Source: Tubiluchus corallicola (taxonomy: Eukaryota; Animalia; Priapulida). Taken from it: a stretch of DNA of 24,481 nucleotides. The stretch is from NCBI GenBank assembly GCA_030141605.1, contig JAQGDQ010001814.1:1-24481 (forward strand), written 5' to 3'. The notes below the pieces were generated by a model. It did no database searches. It saw nothing but the letters and a program-made list of their open reading frames with translations, and was not told the origin of the DNA. Every line of letters starts with the position of its first letter. Position 1 is the stretch's first letter. Both the position numbers and the translations under genes were made by a program. Shown one piece after another: positions 11,701-23,149 of the stretch.

Positions 11701-12469
11701 AGAAGGATCTTTTTAACTGAAACCCTAAAATGCGTACGCCTTAAGAGAAGGCACAGTATGTATCATGATTTATTAACGCAGACTCAGCAAAACTGCAGAC
11801 TATAGAATTGCTAATGCAATTTTATACATCCACATCAACGCTGCCTCGCCTTGTACAAACATTAAAGGTAAACATACAGTCATAATTTTATACAGTCACA
11901 TCAACGCTGCCTCGCCTTATACAAACAACTAACTGTACACTCTTTATTAACTTGGTTTATAAACTTATGACACCGACTAAAAAAAATCTTCACTTTGTCC
12001 AATATCATGTGTAACTTAAGCATCTTGTTCCAATTTTATTTGAAATTAGAATAAGTTCAAGTATCTTTCAATGCTAATCAGAACTCTTTTAAAATGTAAA
12101 GGAAGAAATGAAAAACAACAAATTAAAGAGATATATTATTATTAAAATCATTTTATTTTATTCGTGAAACGGGGTTAAACTGGCTGAGGATTCTACACCT
12201 CAAAACAATGTAAACTATGAAAGTTGAAAGGAAAATACTATTTTCTCAAGAATGGCTCAGTGAAAGAATTATTAGCACAGAGTTGCAATTGCATTCGCAC
12301 CACAAGTTCTTCGCGGTTAAACCTCTTGCACAAAAAGCGGTGCTGTACCCCTTAGTACAAATGTGTTCAGGTGTGACGTGGTGCACACGTTATCTCAGGT
12401 GTGAGTTCAGCTGTAAACTTGAATCTTGAATTACAAACTTAAAATTTGTCAAGTTTTCATATGTCATTA

Positions 12470-12980
<511 letters not shown>

Positions 12981-13072
12981 ACAATAATAATAATAATCTT
13001 TAATTTAAGTCGGTTTTTTAGATAAAAAATCAACATAAGACAACTACATAATAGAGATCATTATTATCCCCA
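12981..13072 (-). mobile_element. 3' fragment of the SINE family seen at 18598-18890
   Basis: Shares (aat)n-ctttaatttaa-tcgg and caactacata-agaga-ttatta with 18600-18750. Confidence 0.6.
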
Positions 13073-13279
13073 TATAGTAACTATATACTATACGAATTAT
13101 ACAGTGACCAGAGGGTAGTTATTGTTTTCTTGTCACATAACGTTATGATACATTCATTGGACTATATATGGTATAATGTTAGTATGCTTACGACATTTGT
13201 TAATGTACTGTCAATTTTAGGACACCCTGTATCTCTTGACACAAGGTATATTTCTCCAGAAGCAAGGGCAAAGGATTTC

Positions 13280-13815
13280 TGGAATGCCAATATGGAATTT
13301 GATGCTTATATTTTGAATATTAGTAAATCAATTATATATATATATGAATAAATCAATTTTGAATATTCGTAAATGATTTATTATACGTGAGTTTTTGATA
13401 CGCAAAAGTGATTTATTAATATTAAAAATTCTTTGGCGAATATTGAGAATTCACTGATGAATATTAAATATTCATTTTCGAATATTGAGAATTCACTTAT
13501 GAATATTAAGAATTCATTTACGAATATTGAGAATTCTCTTATGAATATTAAGAATTCATTTACGAATATTGAGAATGCACTTATGAATATTAAGAATTCA
13601 TTTACGAATATTGAGAATTCTTTTATGAATATTAAGAATTCATTTACGAATATTGAGAATTCTCTTATGAATATTAAGAATTCATTTACGAATATTGAGA
13701 ATTCACTTATGAATATTAGAAATTGGTTTGTGAATATTAAAAGTTGTTTTATAAATATTCATAATTGATTTATTAATATTCAAAAATCAGCATCAAATTC
13801 CAGATTGGTGTTCCA
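13280..13815. mobile_element. Non-autonomous TIR (foldback/MITE-like) element with about 55-bp TIRs and an internal 21/42-bp tandem array
   Basis: Left end tggaatgccaatatggaatttgatgct...aatcaattat; right end, reverse-complemented, tggaacaccaatctggaatttgatgct...aatcaattat. Interior alternates gaatattgagaattcacttat and gaatattaagaattcatttac. Confidence 0.85.
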
Positions 13816-13888
13816 TAAAGACTGACTTATTATTACTGTTTTATAAAAGTTGATATTAAATGATAATGTATCTTTTGCATATTTATAG

Positions 13889-13993
13889 GAGAATTCAATG
13901 TCTGAAACTTACCAGGAATGTTTGAATTTTCAAATGTCTCGCATACTGGAAGTGAACCAACACTTGTCAGCTCTCATGCAGAGTACTAATAAG
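13889..13993 (+). CDS. SAPCD2: Internal coding exon of a SAPCD2 (suppressor APC domain-containing 2) homolog: ENSMSETYQECLNFQMSRILEVNQHLSALMQSTNK
   Basis: Acceptor tttatag|GAG, donor AAG|gtaagc, 105 bp, phase 0/0. Splices in frame to 16469. Amphipathic helix consistent with the end of the Suppressor_APC region. Confidence 0.75.
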
Positions 13994-14302
13994 GTAAGCC
14001 AGTTGTGGAAGTTGGAATTTTACATTATAATTACGTGCTGCCATCTATGGTCTAATCCTGTTACATTCTACCAGCTGACTACTTCAGTATAATTGTATGG
14101 TCCAGTGAATGCATACACACTGGTCCTCTCATGTGATTTAATCGGCTTCATTTGGTAATCAAAAGGCAAACCAGAAATCAACTGACTGACCAACCAATTT
14201 GCCAAGTAACCGAGTAACAATGTAACCAGAAAGAAAACATTGTAGGTGTTGCGAGATTAATGGTCATTTTGAGAAAAAAGCAAACAAGAGTGCATAAAAT
14301 AA

Positions 14303-14320
14303 TCTCTCTCTGTCTCTCTC

Positions 14321-14369
<49 letters not shown>

Positions 14370-14394
14370 ACTCTCTTTCTCTCTCTCTCTCGCG

Positions 14395-14445
<51 letters not shown>

Positions 14446-14450
14446 TCTCT

Positions 14451-14487
<37 letters not shown>

Positions 14488-14570
14488 ACTCTCTTTCTCT
14501 CTCTCTCTTTCGCACCCTCTCTTTCTCTCTCTCTCTCGCTCCCTCTCTTTCTCTCTCTCTCTCTCTCGCC

Positions 14571-14636
<66 letters not shown>

Positions 14637-14649
14637 TTCTCTCTCTCTC
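14303..14649. repeat. Imperfect (CT)n microsatellite
   Basis: Direct observation. Confidence 0.99.
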
Positions 14650-14914
14650 ATAACAAAGTGAGTGAACAACAACTTCAAAATGACTTTACGCCTGTTAATA
14701 AAATTATATGGAGGCATGAAAATAAAAATGTTTGTTTATCGGTAGTAGTTTTTGTCGATAATAAAATTGTTATTTGCTACGAGACTAGATTTTGTAGTAA
14801 TGTTTTTACCAAGTCTTCCTTGTATAATTGTAAGTCGTCGACCTGATGGTTTATTGCTTGTAGAGTATAATAAAATGAGCTTTTTATAACTGCTTGTAGT
14901 ATGTTAGCTAAATG

Positions 14915-15788
14915 AATTGCTGATTGCTTATTCGGGGTAAACATTAGCAATATGCAACACTCTTTGAAATGAGCTAATGCGCATATGCTAATAAAACAAA
15001 GATTATAGTAGGAATCATGGATGTTATGATAAAAAGAATTGTGTTTTAATTCGACAGTAAAACAGACGTTTCGCAACCGATTGCTAGCTGCTTATTCAGT
15101 GTAAACATTAGCAATATGCAACACTCTTTGAAATAACCTAATCATCGTATGCTAATAAAACAAAGATTGTAGTAGGAATCATGGATGTTATGATAAAAAG
15201 AAATGTGTTTTAATTCGTCAATAAAACAGACGTTTCGCAACCGATTGCTAGCTGCTTATTCAGTGTAAACATTAGCAATATGCAACACTCTTTGAAATAA
15301 CCTAATCATCGTATGCTAATAAAACAAAAATTGTAGTAGGAATCATGGATGTTATGATAAAAAGAATTGTGCTTTAATTCGACAATAAAACAGACGTTTC
15401 GCAACCGATTGCTAGCTGCTTATTCAGTGTAAACATTAGCAATATGCAACACTCTTTGAAATAACCTAGGCATCGTATGCTAATAAAACAAAGATTGTAG
15501 TAGGAATCATGGATGTTATGATAAAAAGAATTGTGTTTTAATTCGTCAATAAAACAGGCGTTTCACAACCGATTGCTAGCTGCTTATTCAGTGTAAACAT
15601 TAGCAATATGCAACACTCTTTGAAATAACCTAATCATCGTATGCTAATAAAACAAAGATTGTAGAATCATGGATGTTATGATAAAAAGAATTGTGTTTTA
15701 ATTCGACAATAAAACAGACGTTTCGCGGCCAATTGCAAGTTGCTTCCTGAGTGTAGACATTAGCAATATGCAACACTCTTCGAAATGC
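14915..15788 (-). repeat. 164-bp tandem array (about 5.3 units) carrying a minimal type I hammerhead-like fold per unit; retrozyme or Penelope pseudo-LTR-like
   Basis: Period 164 bp (gctt at 14926, 15090, 15254, 15418, 15582, then 15742). Minus strand reads ACA-CUGAAUA-A-GCAGCU agcaauc GGUUGC-GAAAC-GUC-UGU. Confidence 0.85.
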
Positions 15789-16037
15789 AAAATCATTGAA
15801 TAATTTCAACAAAATACAGAGAGGTGGCTTCCCGATGACTGATGCTACTATTACAGAAAGTTTAATAACAATTATAAGCGTATTGAATAACATTTGAAGT
15901 AAACAAATAAACTTTGCACAGAATAAAACTGTTTTTTAAAATACATGAAAATTATGAATGAATGTTTACTAAGAAATTTTAATTGGGTTTTCATTGTGAT
16001 CTTTTTTCTTTTTTTGCAAAACGGTTAATTACCAACA

Positions 16038-16435
16038 TAAGCCTTTTCACATTTCCACGACTGATGATGATCGTTAAAAGGTCAAAGGTTAAGTGTACCA
16101 GACAATGCATTTGTGTACACTTGACAACGCCATGCAGCCCATGTTGTTGTAATACTAACAGTTTTAACAGTTAGCTGGAACTTTACCTAGTTCATTTTTT
16201 CTTGTTCCCAAGCAGATCCTGCTAGTAAGTTACTCTAATGGATAATTAAAATGTCCACGTAAAACAACTGAAGTTTGTGAACTGAAGCAGCAGACGGCTT
16301 TGCTTTATCCACGCAATGGTTGTAGTTAAATGTCACGTAATGGTTGTTGTTAAAAAGATGCGTTGCTTTTGGTACACCTAACCTCCGAGCTACAGGAACC
16401 GCGCATGCGCACAACGAAAATGCGAAAAGGCTCAT
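16038..16435. mobile_element. About 400-bp MITE with TIR agccttttc(a/g)cattt
   Basis: Left agccttttcacattt; right aaatgcgaaaaggct. A second partial copy is at 7198. Confidence 0.8.
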
Positions 16436-16468
16436 TAGTGTGATGACGTCATGACGTTTTTTTTACAG

Positions 16469-16603
16469 GATTTTCCTCAACACATGAACTTGGCGTTGCG
16501 TCAACTTCAACCAAAAATCATCACCAGCCAAGAGAACAATTATTCTCCAAAAACAGAGAGGGTTGTTACTAGACTGAAGGAGCAAAACACGTTACTGACC
16601 AGG
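16469..16603 (+). CDS. SAPCD2: Penultimate coding exon of SAPCD2 homolog: DFPQHMNLALRQLQPKIITSQENNYSPKTERVVTRLKEQNTLLTR
   Basis: Acceptor ttttttttacag|GAT, donor AGG|gtacga, 135 bp, phase 0/0. LKEQNTLLT matches the SAPCD2 motif LKEQNRLLT as recalled from the vertebrate protein. Confidence 0.88.
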
Positions 16604-16998
16604 GTACGATCTAGTTTAACCTAACATTTTGAATTTATTCTACACTCCTATCATTGGTGGAAAAGTGTGCGTTTAATATAGGAGTGCCCAAGAGTAAGAT
16701 TAGTGTGATTTTACTAATCATGGGTGGCACTAATCACTGTCTTGTTAGTAAATCCGAGCATTTTTCTCAAAAGCGTTGACTTTTCCTTTAAACTTTTGCT
16801 TACTAAAAATACTGAAAAACATTTTTACATACGCATACGTGTACACCTAAATACCTAGGGCTCTAATACGTAAATTACTGACTGGTTCTGTGCAGTAAAA
16901 TGTAGCTTTAAAAAATAATTAGGTATTTACAAGATGGCCGAACAAAAAATTGTTAGCTATTTACAAGATGGCCGACCAAAAATTGTTTATTTTTGCAG

Positions 16999-17127
16999 GA
17001 AATGACAGAGAAGAACGAGAAGATCGTAAAGCTAGAACGAGAAAAATCAGAATTGCTGCGACAGTTGTTCGAATCTCGCGATAGAGGGCGACACATGCCT
17101 GCTTCAAATGACTCAACATTCATGTGA
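16999..17127 (+). CDS. SAPCD2: Last coding exon of SAPCD2 homolog: EMTEKNEKIVKLEREKSELLRQLFESRDRGRHMPASNDSTFM*
   Basis: Acceptor tttatttttgcag|GAA; stop TGA at 17125-17127 followed by TAG. Matches the recalled vertebrate C-terminus EVTEKSERITQLEQEKSALIKQLFEAR...DSTFI. Confidence 0.9.
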   Translation, partial: EMTEKNEKIVKLEREKSELLRQLFESRDRGRHMPASNDSTFM

Positions 17128-17682
17128 TAGAGGGCAGCACTTGCCATGCTCCAATTATGTCTCATCCGTCTGTAATGTGCATAGACGTTACAAATGTTTG
17201 TAAAGATGACGTTAAAATTTAATTAATCAAAAGTAGAAATTAATTTTACTAGTGACATCTGTTGGCTGATTTTATGAAGAAATCAAAACATACTATAATA
17301 ATCAAATTTTATTTTATACAGATATTTCAATTTTTGTACATTAATGACAATTGTCACTTTTATGATAATGTAATTTTTGCTTAGGTAAACAAACAGTTAT
17401 GTAAATACATACATAATAATCATAATGTTGTTTATCCTACTGATAATAACTGTTCTCTACATTTTTATTCAGTGTTAGTAATATTATTGTCGTTAAAAAT
17501 CTCTGGAAAGAAAATAGGAGAAAGTTAAAGGAAAAGGAAACAGAATTTTAACGTACATCTCAAAGAACCTTCCACACAAAGTTAAATTACTGCTCATTAC
17601 ACTTACCTGTTTGAAAGAGTTAAAGAAAATTCTTGCGTAATTTAAAATATCTGTGCTGTATGAAAAACAACACTGCATTGCC

Positions 17683-17838
17683 ATCCCAGCATGCACCACT
17701 GACTCACCTTCCTAGCATTCACCACTGGCTTACCTTCCCAGCATGCACCACTGGCTCACCTTCCCAGCGTGCACCACTGACTCACCTTCCCAGCATGCAC
17801 CACTGACTCACCTTCCCGGCATGCACCGCTGGCTCACC
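17683..17838. repeat. 26-bp minisatellite, 6 units (ttcccagcatgcaccactgactcacc)
   Basis: 156 bp = 6 x 26. Confidence 0.95.
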
Positions 17839-18245
17839 AAAAAAAAAACACTGTCGATATAATGAGTACAATGGAATGGCGTCAGCAGTTTTCTAAGCAA
17901 GAATTGCCCGAAATGGAACCTACAATCAACCCGTCACAGCTCTTCTCATCTTTCTCCAAGAGTCCTATCATCTAGAACGTTTCTTCTACGGGCTGTTCGG
18001 TCAAAACGTCGGGACTTGTGTCCGGGAAAGCGTCCATTGCGGGTACCGTGGCTATCCCGCGAATTCTAAATATGGCTACTGCACCCACCGATGAACGGGC
18101 TATCTAACCATTACTGGCACCAGCCTTGTCCCACTCCCAATCCTTAGAAATAAAAAGGTAGAAGTTTTGCAAAAAAACGGGAATTTTTGGAGGTTTCTCC
18201 CCTTGATCGCCATATATGGTGCTTTCCTGAGAATCTTTCATATAT

Positions 18246-18283
<38 letters not shown>

Positions 18284-18597
18284 GTGTGTGTGTGTATAAA
18301 ACGCAGTTTACCACCGAAATTCATATATAGGTTATTTCAAATTACCACTAGATCAACTAAGTTACGTGATATCAAAAAGAATTTTCCTTGTATTCTATGT
18401 CAAGATTATGTACGATACTATCTGACATTTTATATGAAGCTGGCCGACGCGCAAGTGTCTGTGGTGTGTTAGAAAACTACTAACTGCTTATAAATGCTTG
18501 TGGTGATTTTACGAAATTTATAACATTAAAAACAAGCCGTAAAGATACATCCACGGTATAGTTTTAATATAATCAGCATAAATTATTGTTTATCATA

Positions 18598-18607
18598 GTA
18601 TAATAAC

Positions 18608-18640
<33 letters not shown>

Positions 18641-18890
18641 CTTTATTTAAAATCGGCTTTTGGGTCAACAATTAACATTAGCTCAAACAGCTATTATCGC
18701 CGACTGTAAATAACAACCTACAACTACATAACAGAGACTATTATTACCCAACTTTTACCCTAAATACCACGCGTCAGGCAGGGCAACAGCAGGTACCATT
18801 TTTAAAGTCTTTGGTATGACCCGGCCGCTAGTTCGAACTCACGACCCTCTAGACGGAAAGCACACGCCTTACCACTAGATTAAACCGTAG
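18598..18890 (-). mobile_element. tRNA-derived SINE (Meta-type core) with AATAAA and (ATT)n 3' tail
   Basis: Minus strand shows an A-box-like taatctagtggtaag, B-box gagttcgaact, then ggtcataccaaagactttaaaaatggtacc (the conserved core I recall for MetaSINEs), ending ttaaataaag(att)n. Confidence 0.8.
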
Positions 18891-19016
18891 ACGTAAAACA
18901 TCACGATTGTCTCCGAAAATTGATTTAAGCCTGTTAAATTTTGACTTTTTACGTAACAAATCAGAAAAACTAGTCTGCACTCTGTAACCTCTGTCTTTTT
19001 AACACAGGAAACATCG

Positions 19017-19482
19017 TTAACCCTTTCATACCCGTTGTATCCCGTGGGATACGAAAATATTTTCTGCCTTTAAAATTAATAAAATTTTAAAACTGACAGT
19101 TGTTTGATCTGTTAATAGTTATTTTGATTTAAGCCAATAACAATAGACTAAAAATGGTGATAAAATGGCAAACTAGAAAATCTACATAGCATAAAAAACT
19201 GCGTAAAGTACAGTACTTTAGAGACGACTTTGTACAGATCAGCATAGCATGCATACTAAATGTCTTAAATACTTTAAAAAATTATCAGCAGTTGCAAAAT
19301 GAAGCACATTTTATGCTTCCATTGAATCCCAATGTATCCCGTAGGATACAGGTTATATTTTGCAAGCGGGCACAGGTAGAAAAAAATAATTATTATGTGT
19401 AAACAAGATGGATATACTGAACAAAAGTACCAAACCAAGATTTTTTTCTTATTAAAAAATAATTTGGGACTGAAAGGGTTAA
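19017..19482. mobile_element. piggyBac-like non-autonomous element (19021-19478) with TTAA target-site duplication
   Basis: TTAA|CCCTTTCATACCC ... GGGACTGAAAGGG|TTAA. Internal palindromic motif gtatcccgt(g/a)ggatac occurs twice, at 19037 and 19334. Confidence 0.88.
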
Positions 19483-20592
19483 ACGAAAAGGAAAAGAATT
19501 TCGAAACGTATCCAAAAAAACTTTCCACTCAAAGTTAGATTACATAGCATTACACTTACGTATTTGAAAGAGTTATTTAACAGGAAATTAAAATTCTTAA
19601 TAATTTAAATTGTTCGTGCCACTTAGTAAACGTCACTGTGTCACATTCCCAGTGTGCACCTTTGACTCACCAAAAGACACACTATTAATCTTTCTGACTA
19701 TATAAAGTAATATATGCTTTTGTTTAGTTAGTGAAGAGAGCGCTACGAATGCTCTGATAATTTTGCAAATTTTTCGCAACGTTGTCTAAACTTGTTTCAA
19801 AAGACTTTCCGTAAAATGGCTTGACCTAACGGTTGTCGTGGGACTTTAAATTTACAAGCTTTATACGGCGTTACTGCTAATGCAAGCTCTGTATGCAATA
19901 AAGTAGCATCTAAGTGATAAAAGATTTCAGATCAATTTTCATCCTTAATACAAATTTTCTTACTTGTTAATGCATTTTTGTGCTGAAGAAAGCATGCATT
20001 GCTTTTGTTACTTTCTATTTTTAATAGGAATCAGGTAAACAAACAAATGATAGATTCACACATCTGCAAAAAACGGAATATGGCAAAACGCCTTCATACT
20101 TACATAAAGGAGGCAACATACAGCAGATTACGTCAAACGCTTTAGATGAAAAACGTCTTGTGACTTAAAAATATGAGCTTCAAAATATCTAGTTGCTTGT
20201 GGCTAATTTGATAAAAAACTGAACTTTCAATCATGGATCCGCCCGTTTTATATTTATAATGTATAAACTTCTTATTCCTAACGCACCACAAACAGTTAAC
20301 TGCTAGCACACTTCATAATGAATACCCTTTACTGAAAACTAATTCAGACTTATTTAGCAAACATCTTTATATTATATAAACTATTATAGTAACTATTATA
20401 TTATAATTATTTTAAGTGGATTTATATACAGTAATATTACTGATCAAAAGTATTTTCGTTATGTGCAACAAATACATTTTACTTGAGAACAGATATGTAC
20501 AGCTGGTTACTTCGATAATGTAATAACACAGATAATTCAAAAATACGAGTAATTCATTAGTTAAACTTTAAATTGAAATAGAAATATTAACC

Positions 20593-20631
20593 TCCTACAC
20601 GTGTTTCACATGCTAACTGCCTCATCAGGGA
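20593..20631 (-). ncRNA. Minimal type I hammerhead ribozyme motif (Penelope-like element remnant)
   Basis: Minus strand: UCC-CUGAUGA-G-GCA guuagca UGU-GAAAC-acgu-GUA-GGA. Intact core boxes, palindromic loop 3, short stems I and II. Confidence 0.6.
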
Positions 20632-21180
20632 CTACGAAATAAATTAAACATAATTATTAGTAAGTATTAGTAAAATTCACAACACACCACAAGCAGTTAG
20701 CAATCGGGACTCTTCATATAGCATCCCGTTTATTTGGGTAAACGAAACGTATCATGCATATTAGCATAATTTAGCTCATTTTTGATACCACTGATGTTAA
20801 TTAAGTCAGGGGTAAAAGGTAAAATGATTATTCAATTCTTACTAGAGGTAAATGTTGGTTTCTGACAGCTGTAATTACCTAAATCAAAAGTTTCGACTTG
20901 CTTTTGTTCTTGAAAGTCAAATTTAACGTAAAAGCGAATTTCTTTAGTTAAAAGAGTTAACCGTAACTTGAAATTTGACACTATTTTTATTAAATTTCAT
21001 GGCTTCTTTCCTAATGAAAATGTTTATCGGAATTGCATCGCACCGAAAAAAGCCGTTTTGTTCGGTTTTGCTCGTGAAACATCGGAAAATCGCAGCCTAA
21101 ACAAATATACTAGCAACGGTTTCCTTGGATACCACGTGGTTTCTGTGAGGGTAAATAAACAGTGAAATGTGACACGTGAT

Positions 21181-21290
21181 GAACAAACGCAAACATTCTC
21201 GTAACTAAGCAGTTCCTGGCGCCATCTAACGAACAAAACGCAAACATTCTCGTAACTAAGCAGTTCCTGGCGCCATCTAACGAGCAAAAC
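21181..21290. repeat. About 50-bp tandem duplication (2.2 units) containing ggcgccatctaacg
   Basis: Direct observation. Confidence 0.92.
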
Positions 21291-21917
21291 GTTAGAGTGT
21301 GTTAGGAAAAGCCACGATGCGCGTTGGGAGAAACATGAAGTCTCCCATCAACATCGTCATCATCATCGTCATCATACGCCCGTCACGTCTATTGTAGACA
21401 TTGGGCAGGCAGAATTCTAAAATAAAAGAAATCTGCCTTCAGACAGGTAAACGCAGCAGTAATCCAGCAAAAAAACTAGACACTGCTACGCCAGTGGCTT
21501 GTCAGCACCACTTCCGTTTTATGAAATCTCCCAGTTACGTCATGATCTTCAAGTCAATGGCGGCAACCGCCAGGCCAGAAAATTTCTATTCAGAGGTAGT
21601 TTATTGTAGATGTATGATTTATAGATACAGTTTTTTTGCACATCTAATTATCTAATTTTTTAAGTTTAAATGATTACAGTAAAATAAACACAACAGACTT
21701 GTTTTTTCCTTTAGTGAACTTTGTATAGACTTTGTGTTGAGATAAAAAAACGTTTTGAATTGAATTGAGCTAAAAAATTGAAATATTTACATTTACACTG
21801 AGAATGCTCTAAGAGGAGCCAAACGTCTGTTATGCAAAGGTTTTTGACCGAGTGAAATTATCAGAATTTAAATTCATGTAAAACAATCAAAGCTTTTGTT
21901 ACTCCCAATCTTGCAAG

Positions 21918-22496
<579 letters not shown>

Positions 22497-22588
22497 CTTT
22501 GGTTACTCCCTTTTCGTTCCTACAATCAAAAGTCAGAAGTTTCTTTTTCGTTGTTGAAGAAGTTTATTTTCATATTTTGTGATTTTGC

Positions 22589-23068
22589 CTAATAGTAACA
22601 CAATGGTACTCTTGATTGTACTGGACGTTGACCACAACACCAAGACCTGAGTAATGGATCTCTCAAAGCTCTGGTCGGTTTATAATCTCTCAGACCTGTG
22701 TATGGTCTTACACCCAACGTCTCATAAGTCCTTGGCTGGCACTCGTAAGGAAAATCATATTCAGACAACTTGCTAAGTTGCTCCTTGCGGAACTCCGGTG
22801 TGGGATACCTCCCCGGATGTACACACTCCTGCAGTTCTGTGCGCGGTACGTAACTGTAAGTGCCCGGACCAGGGTAACGGTATGCCGTTGCCACAGTTGC
22901 CGGCCGTTCTGGCAACGAAGTCTTTGAGGCAAACCAACCCCAATCCCCGGGGGAGTTGTCACGGTATTGTCTCTCCCACTGCTTCCGTACTAACCGTTCT
23001 TTGTTGATCGCCTCCCTCCAGAAATTGGTGTGCTCCATGCCAAACTCCCGCTGCGATATTTGACTCAT
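22589..23068 (-). CDS. Uncharacterised 159-aa protein; putative cilia/sperm microtubule-associated protein (SPMIP1/ATP6V1FNB-like N-terminal motif plus one PGPGxY motif)
   Basis: ATG-initiated, non-repetitive ORF with GC content above the AT-rich flanks. NFWREAINKERLVRKQWERQY resembles the SPMIP1-type N-terminus; PGPGTY resembles the ODF3/SHIPPO repeat; Pro/Tyr/Arg-rich. The family assignment is tentative. Confidence 0.7.
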   Translation of the reverse strand: MSQISQREFGMEHTNFWREAINKERLVRKQWERQYRDNSPGDWGWFASKTSLPERPATVATAYRYPGPGTYSYVPRTELQECVHPGRYPTPEFRKEQLSKLSEYDFPYECQPRTYETLGVRPYTGLRDYKPTRALRDPLLRSWCCGQRPVQSRVPLCYY

Positions 23069-23149
23069 CTTAAACGTGTTTGTTGGACCTCGCCAGGAGG
23101 CGCTTTGCAGTTCTTAGACTATCACAAACCAACAGTTTCGTTCCTTGAG

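Larger units (their letters stand above)
9244..12468. repeat. Segmental duplication unit B, direct orientation, with about 0.7 kb of non-homologous sequence at 11114-11807
   Basis: Near-continuous identity to 1-2153 and to 2281-2885. Confidence 0.95.

Noticed and set aside
13433-13768. 111-aa heptad-repeat ORF (NIENSLMNIKNSFT)
   Set aside because: Translation of the internal 21/42-bp array of a TIR element.
16911-16987. 34-bp tandem duplication with YY1-like caagatggc before the last SAPCD2 exon
   Set aside because: Real but only two units, with no evidence of function.
18815-18890. tRNA gene
   Set aside because: A and B boxes are present but there is no complete cloverleaf; it continues into a SINE core.
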